Shown: positions 51,209 through 64,000 of the stretch, piece after piece
Layout: each line of letters starts with the position of its first letter
How positions within the stretch are numbered: the stretch's first letter is position 1
NCBI RefSeq assembly: GCF_964355755.1
Contig: NC_092677.1
Span: 17,692,101-17,756,100, forward strand
Length of the DNA stretch: 64,000 bases
Direction of reading: 5' to 3'
DNA from: Antedon mediterranea
Taxonomy: Eukaryota > Animalia > Echinodermata
Made by a program: the position numbers and the translations under genes
The notes under the pieces: generated by a model
Told to the model about the DNA's origin: nothing
Databases searched by the model: none
The model's input: the letters and a program-made list of their open reading frames with translations, nothing else

Positions 51209-54200
51209 TAATCTATAAATAACTTTGTGTTTTAAATAACAGGTGGGAAAACTATATACCAAGTGTAAACCCTTAATAGTCACAGTCATGAGATGTTACC
51301 AAAGCAATACAAAACTTCTTTTTTTTCATTTCATTTCATTTATTTCAATATCGTCATCGCAGCCTTAGCTGAATTGCAAAGATATTTACATATTCTCAAT
51401 ATTAAAATGTGTATAAAAGTATAAAACCAATGGTAATTATAATTATATATAAAAAAGGATGCAATTGACAACAGAAATACTAAACAGGAACATTATAAAA
51501 GTTTAGTATAAAATAGTAAAATAAAAAAAAAACACCTAAAAGGACCAATAAGAATAACATAGACATTAAAAATAGTGAATAAAAGGAAACAAAAAAAAAC
51601 TTTAGTTTTAACCTTATTTTATAATGCAAGTTTTTTCCCCTTGCAGAAGTCCATAACCAAGGGATAGGGGATATTTGAAGTATCGTTTTAAAACTAGAGA
51701 TTAGCAGCGGAAGTGATGGTAAATACCTATCTAGCTTAGCTCATAAAGAATTGTTACCCTCTTTTGTGGGGAAAAAGTTCTGCATATCCTTGAATATCCA
51801 TATTCTTGCAAAAATATAAAGAACACTAATATAAAAATAAAGGTTATAAAATTTAGGTAAACAACAAATTTGTTAACAAACTTTTTGTTTCTTTCAAATT
51901 TATTTTTTAGAGGAATCTATTACATCTGCCTTTACCTAATAATAAAATATACTGGTACAAAAATTTCTAAATGAAAATTTAAATGATCTAAAGAAGGTGG
52001 CATAATAATGATAATTTCAACAACATCGTGTACATTTCACGTTTACATATTTCAATATTTTCACAGCTTTCAAAAAAAAAAAAAAAACTAAGGCGATGAG
52101 TTGATAAATCCAGACATGCTAGGCACGTGCTACGTCTCTCTAAGAATAATAACAAGATCATTCACAAGTTAACACATGGTAAATGTGCATCGCATAGACA
52201 AATAATAGCTAACGAGTTAATTCACAACTCGGCACGACTTTTCTTCCTAGAAAATTTGGTTAACGCATATATCAACAAGTGGAAACCATTAATTGGTCGT
52301 TGATAATGAAATGAGGTTGAGGTACATGAATAGCAATGTAACACCACTACTTGTATTAAAGTGGCGACCAGCGTAATTGGCGAGAGGCTTGGGACCCATG
52401 TCGGACAACCTTTGCCATCTTCTCTACGCTTGTTCGCAACAACAGGAAGTAGAGTGACTAGATTTACTGGCGTTGGTTGGTTTAGTCATGATGGTAACAA
52501 GCGTGTGAAGTGTTCTACAGGTTCCTCTTGAGACCGTAGCTTGGCTAGATGTTAAAAAAACTCTGATTGTAGGAAACAGACTCGAGTACCTCAAAGACGC
52601 AGGCTTGCTTTACTCACATTGTGATGAAAAACGTAATGTAAATCCAACGAGGTTTCTAACTCTTTAGAGTTCATATCAACTTATCCCGAATGATAACTTT
52701 AGAGGCATATTGATAACGATGCGTGTACTTCATAATGTTAGCAATGTTCGGCAAAAGAATGAAAGATTACTTGATTTCGGACAAATTTTTCACATATGAG
52801 AAGGAAGTAGATGTTCTTGAACTTGATTTTGTTCTATTTCAAATGGCTCAAATATTAAGTCACGTTTCTTGATGTCTATGAAAATTATCAATTCTTTGAA
52901 ACAAATGTAGGCACAGATATTGCACAATTATTTCAGGATATTTCATATAGACAGAAAGACAAAAACCGTATACTTTAAACATGACATTTTAGCATTTAGG
53001 GTATTATACTGTACTTCAATTATTTAAATAAGGCATTCAAATTATAAAGTTACTTTTTTTTTGCATTGACAAATTTGTTCTTTATTTTTGTTATAAGGTG
53101 TGTTTTTATAGCAAAAGTGAATTATACTTACATAAATAAATTGGTTTTTGCCCTGAGAAGCAAAATATAAAAAAAAATGGAACAAAAACTTAGTTTATCA
53201 ATTCCACATTTGGGTGGACACTTTAATTAAAAGAAATATTTTAAATCTTGTAGACTTAATCACAGTCCCAAGGGCAAGTGAAAAGTAATTTAAAAGTTTA
53301 TTTAACAATAGTGTACACTTTAATGAATGTACTCTTTAATGAATGTACTCTAGTCTAAAAGTAAATATGAAACCAATGGAATGGTGAAACAAATCAAATC
53401 AACAGCTTTACAAGTAATTACAGTGTAACAACATCTACCAATCAATGTACTGCATAATATTCAACTTCCTTTTATTGTCGTCGTCGGACTTTGGTCTACC
53501 CTACGATGATTTATAATAATACTTAAAAAAGCAACTGGGGATGGTGTTATAATTTTAATGCTGAAATTCAAGCCTGCAAAATTCTTTCAGTTTTGAAATG
53601 AATTTATGAGGACCTATAAATGAAAAGGTTTGCTTCATGTTTGTCAACACCAGACGGCTGGCTTGACAACAAGAAAAGCTGTAAGTCAAAGATGTTTATG
53701 GATAAATGACAAATAGTCACATAAGGACAGTTTTGACACGTGTGTGTATTTGTGATGTGTGGGCGGGTTCGCTCTTTTTATAGGTGTAATTATTGGAGGG
53801 GGGGGGGGGGTGTAAGTTAATATTGACTGTATTATAGATAGAGATAGGATTTTGGTTATTTTATTATTATTATATTATTATAAACATGAAAATAAAGAAC
53901 TTTTGATCATTTAAAAGCAAACCTTTCTGATTAAAAAAAATTGTGAAGTATCTATCTGGGAAAGATATTTACAATATATTATATATTTTTGTTTGTTTGA
54001 TTTGCTTTTTATAGACATTTTTTGAAATACAAAATTCTTTTTCCTGATGCTAAAACAAGTAATAATACAAAAAACTAAAAAAAAAGATAAAAATGTTTTT
54101 AAATACTTGGAGATGCTATATTAAATAAACATTATACAATATTACTTGGAATAATCATCAATATTTATATTAAAATAAGGAATATGGGTTATTTAATGTT

Positions 54201-55276
54201 CTATGTAATACTTTAATGTAATTTCAAATGTTAGAATTAATGTACTATTAAGATATCTGATATCCAATGTATACACCTAAGGGCAAAAACACATAATTCA
54301 ATTAAAATGTTTAATCAAAATTAAATTTAGATCATTTCCACCATTTCCCATTTAATCAACTAGATCTACGGCCAGCTAAGTGTGACTGGGAATGAAGTAA
54401 AAATTCAATTTTACTCAACGGAAAACATTTATGAATATACTTCACTACGTGTTAATCAGCTTCACTAATTGGTTCATAGCATATGTTCTGTTAAAACTAC
54501 TGAATTTATCATTAAAAATACAAATTGGAATATTACTGATTGTGTCATACTGCCAGTTTATAATAAGTAAACATGGTAAAGTTAGTATAAGTTTCTGTAA
54601 ATGTTCCTTTAAATGAATACCTGATTTTATTCAAAACTGGTGGTTTAACTGTAACTTGATTTCTTTCTATTAACAGTATTCTACTGGCAGTTGGCAAAAA
54701 TTGTGAATTAGCTGTGACTGTTCCTTTAAGTTAGGCGCTAGAGTAAAAAAGGAGATTTTGATTCTTGTGCCTATAGTCCTAGAATCCATAACAATTTTGT
54801 CAAGTAATCAGATGAAAAAGCATGTACCAATGTTTCAGTGCATGAATTAACATGAGGTAAATCGTTCCTAAGTTTTTGCAAATTTGCAAAGAGAGCTTCC
54901 TGCTTCAGAAATACTGGATCCACCCCTAATGTTGGTCCAAGCACCTTTTTTTTTTAGGTTGTTCTCACTCTTCAAGCAAATATCAAGTGTAACCGATTGG
55001 TTGGTTACAAGTTTACAAGTTTAGAAAATGAAAATAATTCACTTCTCCTTCAATTGCATTAAAGTACTTTCTGCCACTTAATGATGGCCTAGACTACAAA
55101 TAACTTTATTCTAACAGAGTGTAAATTAAATCAACAACATAATAATAACTGTTCAGATGTAGCCGCTAAAAGAATAATATCTTATAAACAGTTTTATTTG
55201 CAAGTTAAGATAAAATAAAATAACATTCCAGACATATTAAAAATGTTTGATGATATCAATTATTCATTTTTTCTTA

Positions 55277-55719
55277 GGGCCTGTTTCTGCTGAGTAGGAA
55301 TCGATCATTTTTAGGCAGAAGAAACGGGGCAAAATGACATAACTGATTTAAAATTAACCAATTAATAACACTCAATATTAATATAACATCCTTATTCTGT
55401 TGTATGTGGTAGTAGATGTTTATTGGGTCATAGTCAATTGACTATCTATATGGTTAACAAATAATATAGCGTTTATGGAAGAATTCAATTTTTTATTTTT
55501 TAATCGTACGAGTTTAGGCAGCGATAGGATGTAAACAAAACAACTGAATCTTCCCTAATTTGAACTGCGTTGTGGGTAATGATGACATGATTTTTAAAAA
55601 GTGATTACCAGATAACCAATTAACATCGGAGTCATTTTCAAATGCAACTCGGACAATTTTGTGGTGTGCAGTACTTGAGAATAATTTATTATTTTGATTT
55701 TTCCAGCAGAAACAGACCA
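55277..55719. mobile_element. 443-bp Harbinger-type MITE sharing TIRs with the 46645-49091 element
   Basis: TTA|GGGCCTGTTTCTGCTG ... CAGCAGAAACAGACCA|TTA. Confidence 0.75.
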
Positions 55720-57545
55720 TTATAGGCATTTTTTTAAAATATATAATTTTTTATTTCACTCACCTTTATTGAAGATGTTGTCCCCAAATATATGAAGTAC
55801 GGTATGAAGATGAATAAAATCAGACTTTTAATAAAGTTATTTACATCATTTTGATTATTTCGTCTTTTATAAATAATAAAAATCACAAGGTACAGAGCAC
55901 TTTACGGGGTAGTAATTCAGTTGCAAAACTAAACAAAACAACAAAAAATGACAATTTTTTGCTTTAAATTAGTTTTTTCAGGTAAATATATATATTTTTT
56001 GGATCAAATATTTGCTCAAAGTGAATAACTACTATTATGTGAAATTAAATTGGATAATATATCTTTAACATTCTTGATCCTTCCAACACATCATTATTTT
56101 ATTATAAAAATTACAAAAAATAATAATAACAAATTACAGAAATTCAATACAAATCATAATAGCAAACAGTTATACTAATATTTTTCAAAAAAGTATCGTA
56201 ATAAATATAAAATATTTTATATTCGATATAATACTATATTATAGTAAATTTACAAAAATGCCAATAATAACAACTTCAATATTGTGCTATACAATATAAA
56301 TTTACAAGCATAGAGAAACTCTAACCCAGTCCAGGGAAATTAATTAATTAATTTGATAATATAAACAGTGAAGATAAGAGATCTGTGATAAAAGGCTGCC
56401 TATTTTAACAAAACAATAATCTTTAATACAAATACTCAATTATTGACAATATGAAAATGCTATATGAAACAAAGACAAGAAATCATGTCTCCAGATGTAT
56501 GTGAACTTATGTGAAATGTGTAAGGAAGAAAGTAACCAGATACAGAAACGTGGTCTCGGGGGGAAGCTAGGCTGAGTGAAATTGACACGTGGGGTGTTAC
56601 AAACCCAGGAAGTAGCATCAACTTCAACTATTCACTGGGGGAGAAATATATTATAAACTTCTAAAAAAGTTAAAAGACAGAGCCTAGCATGCAAGTATTC
56701 CTATAATGACTTTGATTTGCCACATTACATTGTGTAGTAAGTTATGGAATTATTTGTTTATTTTATTAGATAACTAGGAAATACCATCAATATTTAACTA
56801 TCCATTGGGAATAATTAAAATAAATCATCACAGAAGATAGAATTGCAAGGAAACATTCCTAGTAATATTACTACCGTAGGTCTTTCAGAAAGTTTAATTT
56901 ATGCCGACATTGTGCTTACATGACCCATGACAGAAATGAATAAATAGCATCTTTCCCGTATACTCCCAGCACACATAGAAAAGTGCTTAATTTGCAGAGA
57001 ATTCTGTTCGATAATGCATGGATTTAACATTAATATTATCTTTAGATGTTTTGCCTATAAAAATGTGTTTGATGTATTAATGATGGCTCATCATCTGTTT
57101 ACATTGTTCAAAAGTACAATTGAACATATAAGATAATATAGGTAGACAACTAAAGTATAAATGCTTCTTATTAGCTTACTTGTAAAATTAAATTGACTTT
57201 TTTAATTACTTCAAATTTTTTCTTGGAAGGCTGATAAATCTTTAAAGAAATTAGATGAAATATTTTAATATTATCGATAACAACACAGGGCAGAAGTAAA
57301 ATATCTAGTGCAGGAACCATCCAGGGCAGTGCAGAATTACAATTAAACCTTTCAGCAATATTAGGAAATGATGGTGATACATTCAATAGGCATAGAATGG
57401 CAAAATAATATTGTTGAAAACACTAGATTAGTATTAAAATTTTCAGTAAATAACATTGGTGTTTCTAGAGTCAATTCATTCACACAACTCAGTTTGAATC
57501 AGTCATTTCCAGAAAAATGGTCTAAAAAGTGTGGTGATCCACTGC

Positions 57546-57635
57546 CAGGATTTTGTAAGTAAGGAGGTGGAGATTCAGGATTTTGTAAGTAAGGGGGTGG
57601 AGATTCAGGATTTTGAAGTAAGGGGGTGGAGATTC
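57546..57635. repeat. Three tandem ~30-bp units CAGGATTTTGTAAGTAAGGGGGTGGAGATT
   Basis: Directly visible. Confidence 0.9.
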
Positions 57636-58829
57636 GGTCAAAAAATGTTATCAAGTGAACTAAACTAATTATAATGTTTATTTTTTGTATATTTTATGAT
57701 AACAAAGAAACAAATTGAGTAATTATCAACAATATTTTGTCAGCCACCAACAACATTTTAAATATAAATATGTATATGTTTGTATGATGTAGTATGTTTA
57801 AGCGGATATTAGCCCTTGATGGCATTTGCAGCAATAAAGAAATTAAATTGAATTGAATAATATAACCTTGAAATTGCCAAAATTCTATGATATATTTTCA
57901 CCAGATTTTGAAACCAGGTTAAGGCACTACAGTATAATAAAGTATTTTCTTTTAAAATGTTTGTTGTTTTGTTTCAATTGTGCCATAAGAGTATAAATGT
58001 TTCCAATAAGTCATTTAGAAAAATAAAAAATAGGCGTAAATTCAATCATTTAATTTACAAGTTTGTAACTGTTTATTTTCTTTGTCATGGTCATAGAATT
58101 TAAATTAAAATTAACGTCGCTGTCACAACATTTATAACAAATGTCTTTTATCTAAAACCCGTAGTGATAATCGGGTAAGTGTTGTTGAGGAAGGAAGCAC
58201 GAAACGCACTCACACCAATTTGTCCATTTTTGACACTGTATAAAAAAAAAAACTTTCACTTATGGTGAACCACATTATCCAGATAGGTGTGTGAGTCAGT
58301 CGAGAAGATGTACAATCGAAAGTATTATATACGATGATTAAGTTAAAGATATGTCAATTTGTATTTAAATGGATAAGATCTGTTATTGTAGAAATACCAG
58401 GGGATCGGAACATATGAGGTTCAACGACAAACATAAAGCGGTTAGTCTGCGTGTGAACCATTTTAATGTAACTGGATACCCTGTTTCGTGCTTTGTATCA
58501 CCATGTAAAACAGAATTAACAAATGACAGCCTAATTTCTGTCTAGTTCACGGATTATTGCTAATCAGATTTAATTTTGCTTTTAATTAAATACTATAAAG
58601 AGCATGAGTAAAGGCACAGAAACAATGTTTCCTAGATAAATCAGAAGCAACAAAAAAACATGACTTTTATATATATATATATGAATTTTCACACGTTCGT
58701 TACTCTATAAATGAACTTGGTAATTTTCAAATTAATTAATATTTAACCTCAATCGAACTCGACTTTTTTCTGTAAAACAAACTAGCTTGAGTGAAAAAAG
58801 TCCTATGTAACCAACTCTTAGTCAACTTA

Positions 58830-59935
58830 TACCCCTTTTACACTATCACCGTAACAGAGGTGTAATCCTGCGGTTGTTAGTTAAATCCAACCACCCCAGG
58901 GTGAAACGAAGCTGAATGTTTTCCGGTGTACCTTCTCCGGTGTAGTCGAATCTACACCGGAGACACGAAGTGTAAACGGTTTTTGTGGTTCAAAACCGAG
59001 CTGTTAAAGGTCATTGACGTGAAAATGTAACATGTTGTCACAGAAATACAATATATTATGCAAACAAAATAGGTTTTTTGCTTAAAATACACCTTTTTTT
59101 TGCTTAAAATAATAATTGTACGATATATTGTGCTGTTCGTTATTTTCGTTTAAAGGCACGAACACATTTGTGATTTTTCTTTTCTGTTGAAAATATTGAA
59201 TTGTTCGTGTGCATTCTACCTTACCAGAAAGCCTAAAATAATGTAATATTGGTGCAGGGAGGTGAAAAAATAATTATAATTATTTTTTCACCTCCCTGAT
59301 TGGTGTAACTCTACCCTGGCCGATTCTATGTTGGCCTAATTATTGAAAAAAGGAAAAATACTGACGTCTCAATGGATGAAAATAATATCTTTTTTAGGAA
59401 CTGAAAAAGTACCATATAATAATTTTCCTTCATTGATACATTGTTAGGCTAATTAAAAAATACATTTTTATTTTAAATACTTACCGTACCTACCCTATTT
59501 TTACGCCAACCTAACAATTTAAGGCCTATTTAATGTACGTACAGTCTACAAGGCGAAAATGCAGTCATTTTAAAAAGAAAAATAATTGTTAGGCCCTAAT
59601 ATTTTAAATAATAATTGATAATCTTAATAGCCACAAAGAAAATATTACACTGGACTACATTCAAAATTAAATAAATTGTGCCAGTGAAAATTCGGATTAT
59701 TATTTTTTTATATGAGATTTGTTGATATGTTCCAGTGTTTAAACGTTTAAACCATAGTCAATTAAGTTCCACGTGTGCGCTTGCTATAGTGATTTGATTG
59801 ACAGCATCGGGGTGATCGATGTAGTGTAAATGGGCGCAACTCGAGTTCATCTCGCAGTTTTTTGGCTAGTGTAAATGGAAATTGCCTCCGAGTTCAACTC
59901 GTGTTCCTCTCTCAGTCGATAGTGTAAAAAGGGTA
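58830..59935. mobile_element. ~1.1-kb PIF/Harbinger-like non-autonomous element
   Basis: TIRs TACCCCTTTTACACTATC / GATAGTGTAAAAAGGGTA (1 mismatch), TTA/TAA flanks, and internal AGTGTAAA repeats as in the 20.6-kb family. Confidence 0.82.
59255..59298. mobile_element. Perfect 44-bp palindrome with CAGGG termini and a 7-bp TSD (P-element-like relic) nested in the Harbinger element
   Basis: CAGGGAGGTGAAAAAATAATTA|TAATTATTTTTTCACCTCCCTG flanked by ATTGGTG on both sides. Confidence 0.8.
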
Positions 59936-61589
59936 TAAGACTAACTGCACGGTTAGTTTGAAACTTGCCCAGAAAGAATGGTCTAGCTAACCACTGCAAA
60001 ATGCAATGTGACTGCATGGGTAGTTGAAGTTATTTTGGCTGTGGCAGCATGTAAAAATAACTAACCAACTAATCATAATGACAGCTTAGCTAATTTGACT
60101 CTGAGAGGAAACCTTTATGAGGTTTTTGACTTTTAATTTAATGACAATATTTGGTTTCAAAACGATTTTTTAGATTACATTCTGTACATGAAATTGGTGG
60201 CAAAAAACACATTTACAGTGGCGTATGTGTGTGTGAACTACCCCGTAGGCAGGGCCGTCTTAATTAATGCCACGGAGTTAACGCCAGCGACATTTGAATC
60301 ATTTTGACCTTATTTCAAGATATCAATCCGCGCACAATGCATGTTGGGATAGTGGGCCGCTAAAGTGATTAGATTCATCTTATTTTTCACATTTTTAACC
60401 ATTTAAAGATGAAAAAAGTTATCTCAATAGGACCATATAGTATTTATTTTTACATTAAATGTAGTTTGTGACCTTGAATTAGATCTAAAAAATGTAGGGA
60501 ATGGGACTTTTATCCTGTTACTGATAACAGTATCATGTATTGTAACTTACTATAAAATATAAATTAAATTTACTTAACGGAAATATGGAAATTCTCTTGA
60601 GAATTTGATGTAATTTTCAGTGAAAAAAATTACTTTCGGCTACAAATTTGTAAGTAAAACATGCATTTGGTTATTGCAGCTGGGTACTGATGAAATAATG
60701 AAGTGAGAAATATCTTTCTTTGGTGATTGCCAAAAAAATGAGATAGCCAATGAGTAGGATGACTTTTTTTTCTCATTTCAAAACATTTAAATAAAAATAT
60801 AACAATAATTCAAAGATAACTGAATATATTTAAAAAAAAAGTGATATGAAATTGTTTTTTAAATAAAGAATTATCAGAACTGTTGGTATTTCCAAAAAGA
60901 AAATTTGAAGTATTAAATGAAATTTTGGAAACAACAAAAAATTTAATCAACGTAGCTTGAATGAAATGAATTAAACTAATTCCCAATTTCCAGCCCACTT
61001 GTTAATGAATAATTGTTCCATTTATAATGTTGTTTGTTTAATTCATTACTTTAAATACGCTTGCAAAATATAATATCCTAAGGGGAGAATTAGCATATAG
61101 TTGAACTTTACTGTTTACCGAAAATTCAATAAACAAATTATTGTGTGAACATGGCAAATGTGTGAACGAGAATTACCGATTTTCCCAAAGTTCGCCCGTT
61201 TGTACTTTGATTTGATCAATAACGATTTTAATACAGTTAATTATAAGATACTTTAGGGACTTTAATGACGTTCATTATTCATATTATTCATAGGTTTTAT
61301 GGGTAATGTACCGCCCTCTGGGAGGTGGTAAGTGAAGAATGTTTTGCACCTATTATTAATTAGGAGTTAAATCCCTATGCACAAAGTTATCTCAAGCTCG
61401 TATAATTCTTCTACACTCAAGATTACATTATAAAATTATTAATATTATTTATTATCATAAAATCCCTGAATCAAGAGACATAAAAATGAGTTAAATTTAG
61501 TCTTTAGTACACTGTATTTTATTTTATATTATTCAATCGAAACCAACAGCGATAATTACCGCCACTAACAGGTTTGATAAAAACAAAGC

Positions 61590-61790
61590 CAGGACTGTTT
61601 AAAGCACCTTTCGTCCTAACATTGATCAAGGGCTTCTCTTGTCCAGTGCCCACCTTCACCAGAGGAAAGGCAGGTACTAGATGCAGGGGCTGCCATAAGA
61701 GTCAGCAGTGCTGATTTCAAATGCCTAACGGGACCCCAGCTTCATATACAGCACCCGATATTCCCAGATAGTCTCCGATCCAAGCTCTAA
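61590..61790 (-). mobile_element. 5S rRNA-derived fragment joined to a different body (second 5S-SINE family or 5S pseudogene)
   Basis: TACAGCACCCGATATTCCCAGATAGTCTCCGATCCAAGC (61747-61786) is the reverse complement of the 3' half of 5S rRNA; the adjacent body is unlike the Deu core. Confidence 0.6.
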
Positions 61791-64000
61791 ATATACATAT
61801 GACCAAGTATAATCCCACCATACTCTTATGTCACTCTGAAATATTTTCATACAGGGAGGTGCCGCATTTACAGGATATATATTCGTGGGCCTGGTAGCAC
61901 AAGTGTGGGAAAATATGTTTCAAGTTTAAAGTTGTCAAAATATCAGGATTTATTTTAGCAGGGACTTTAGCTATGCTGGATGCAAAGTCCATCGCTAAAG
62001 GGATCCTACCTTTGAATCAATGAAAACTAGCCGCCAATGTTATTGCAAACCCTATCACAAACGGTTCCTCTTTTGCAGGAAACCGGTATGAATGTTGCGC
62101 CCTCTCTTGCATGGCATTTTTCCTGTCGACTTGGTAGTTCAAGTCCATAGTACAGTATTTTTCAGTAAACCTGGTAGTGCAAGTCTCATGTCTCGCACTG
62201 CTGCACCTCCCCGGGTGTACGCGATAAACCAGAATTGATGTTTTTATGTCATGGTAAAAACATTATCGAAGGCACATTGTACCCTAAAGTGTTCTACAAT
62301 CAATTAGACCTAATAATGTGCTATTTTATTTAAAAACATTATTACTATTTTAACAAAAAGTTGTCCAAAAATGGTCTTTGCATGGATTGGAAGTCTGAAA
62401 GTAATTGAATGTTGCATATTGCAATCTTTTAACAGCAAACTTTAAGGAGAACACAGACAAAAAACAATACAGACAAAATACCATTTAAACAAACATATTT
62501 CAATTTAATTAAATTGTATGACATCAGTAATTTAAAGACATTCACCTTTTAATATAAATCTAATAAATAATTTTATTTCCTTAATAAAAAGTTCTGTAAC
62601 AGCATTTTTTTGGTACTTTGTACAATCCAATGTAATCTAAACTAAGACAGAAACATAGTTTACATGCCAACTGGGCAAGCAATTCAAGTGAGATTTATGA
62701 CAAGTAAGGGTTTATGATACTAACTAATCAGTGTGATATAATTAACAAACGACATGAACAAATTTAAAGAACTAGGAAGAGCCAGTACGTCGCGACGTAC
62801 ACTTGTTACTATTAAATAAGTCATAACCTCCCGTAAAACATGGTGTGAAGTCTATGGTAACTGATCCAGCTGTGAGATGCTGTATTATGAACTTCAAACT
62901 CAGCATTTGGAAGCAGTAAATCTCTCAGCACTATATTGTACTACAACACTACAAGTGAATCTTAACAGTGTTAACTTAATTTCCTTAATTCTTTTTACAT
63001 TAAAGAGACTTTAAAAAAATGAATTTTCCCAAAAATATTTTAATTTTTAACAAGTTATTGCCCAATAATTAAAAAAGATTTTGCTTATTAAAAAAACCCA
63101 ATATAAACAGTTATACTTAACCAGTAGACTTTATTTTTCTTTAAAGTACATTCTTATCAGATAAATTAATTAATTTAAAATAAATAAATTAGCGGACAAT
63201 ACCATAAAGTAATTGTTTAAATGTAAATAAACATAACATTTTATTTGTACTTTTTGATTTAATTTTGAGATAAATTAGACTGTAATTTAAATATTCATAA
63301 ATAATTTTTTAATAAAATAAAAAAAATATATTTTATTGTCATTATTTACTAAGCTGTGTTTATAATATAATGACAGTCATAATCTGTTTGATTTGACAAC
63401 ATAAATGATGAATTTCTTATGAAATTGTAATTGTAGGCCTACCTTTAAGTTGAATTGACCAATGGTATACCTGCTTTCAATCAGTGGACATTTATAACTT
63501 TATTGTACAATTAGGAAGTGACACCCAGTAAAAAAACCACAAAATTGCCAGTCTTTAAATATGGGATTCATCAGTTTAAATCCTTATCTTGAATATGAAG
63601 TAGGTTTTATAATGTATTTTCTAAATCATTACTTTTTTATACTCAATAACCAGCATCCTGAGTTCCAATAAAATTAATAGTCTAAAATAGTTATTTGTTA
63701 AAAAATCAAATCATTCAAAACATTAATATAGCATAATGTAAACAAATTATTTATGCAATAAGTAGTCCTAGATTTTTTTATATCCACCTTAAAAAATTTG
63801 TATTATCCTCCAAAAAAAAAGAAAAGGCTTTTTTGCTTAGAATAAAGATTTATATGATAAAAAGACAAAATAAAATGTATTGAAATGTAAACAAAAAAAG
63901 CTAATTGTCTGACAGACAATTGAAAATGTTTTGTTTTAAAAACCGTTTTTCAGGTAAATATTTTTTTCCCCGTTTTTTTTTTGGAAAAGTGAATTTAAAT

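Overview
AT-rich, intron-containing animal genomic DNA; the repeat content suggests a marine invertebrate, possibly an echinoderm (inference). The only well-supported protein gene is on the minus strand: a SOWAH (Sosondowah ankyrin-repeat family) homologue. Its ATG is at 40548 and four in-frame GT-AG coding exons can be reconstructed (40419-40548, 38164-38225, 37439-37897, 35292-35417), plus a probable fifth (24748-24801). I found no ankyrin-repeat exons, so the gene probably continues past position 1 and bases 1-35 kb are mostly intron. The rest is repeat-rich: several PIF/Harbinger (Tourist-like) non-autonomous elements with TWA-type TSDs, one carrying a Myb/SANT gene remnant; a Mutator-like element with a 9-bp TSD; L2/CR1 LINE 3' ends; 5S rRNA+tRNA chimeric Deu/Nin-domain SINEs; two tiny P-element-like inverted repeats with 7-bp TSDs; minisatellites with higher-order structure; and a 1.7-kb GAT/GGT low-complexity tract. 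Most ORFs in the supplied track are spurious. I found no CRISPR array, prokaryotic system or intact autonomous transposon.
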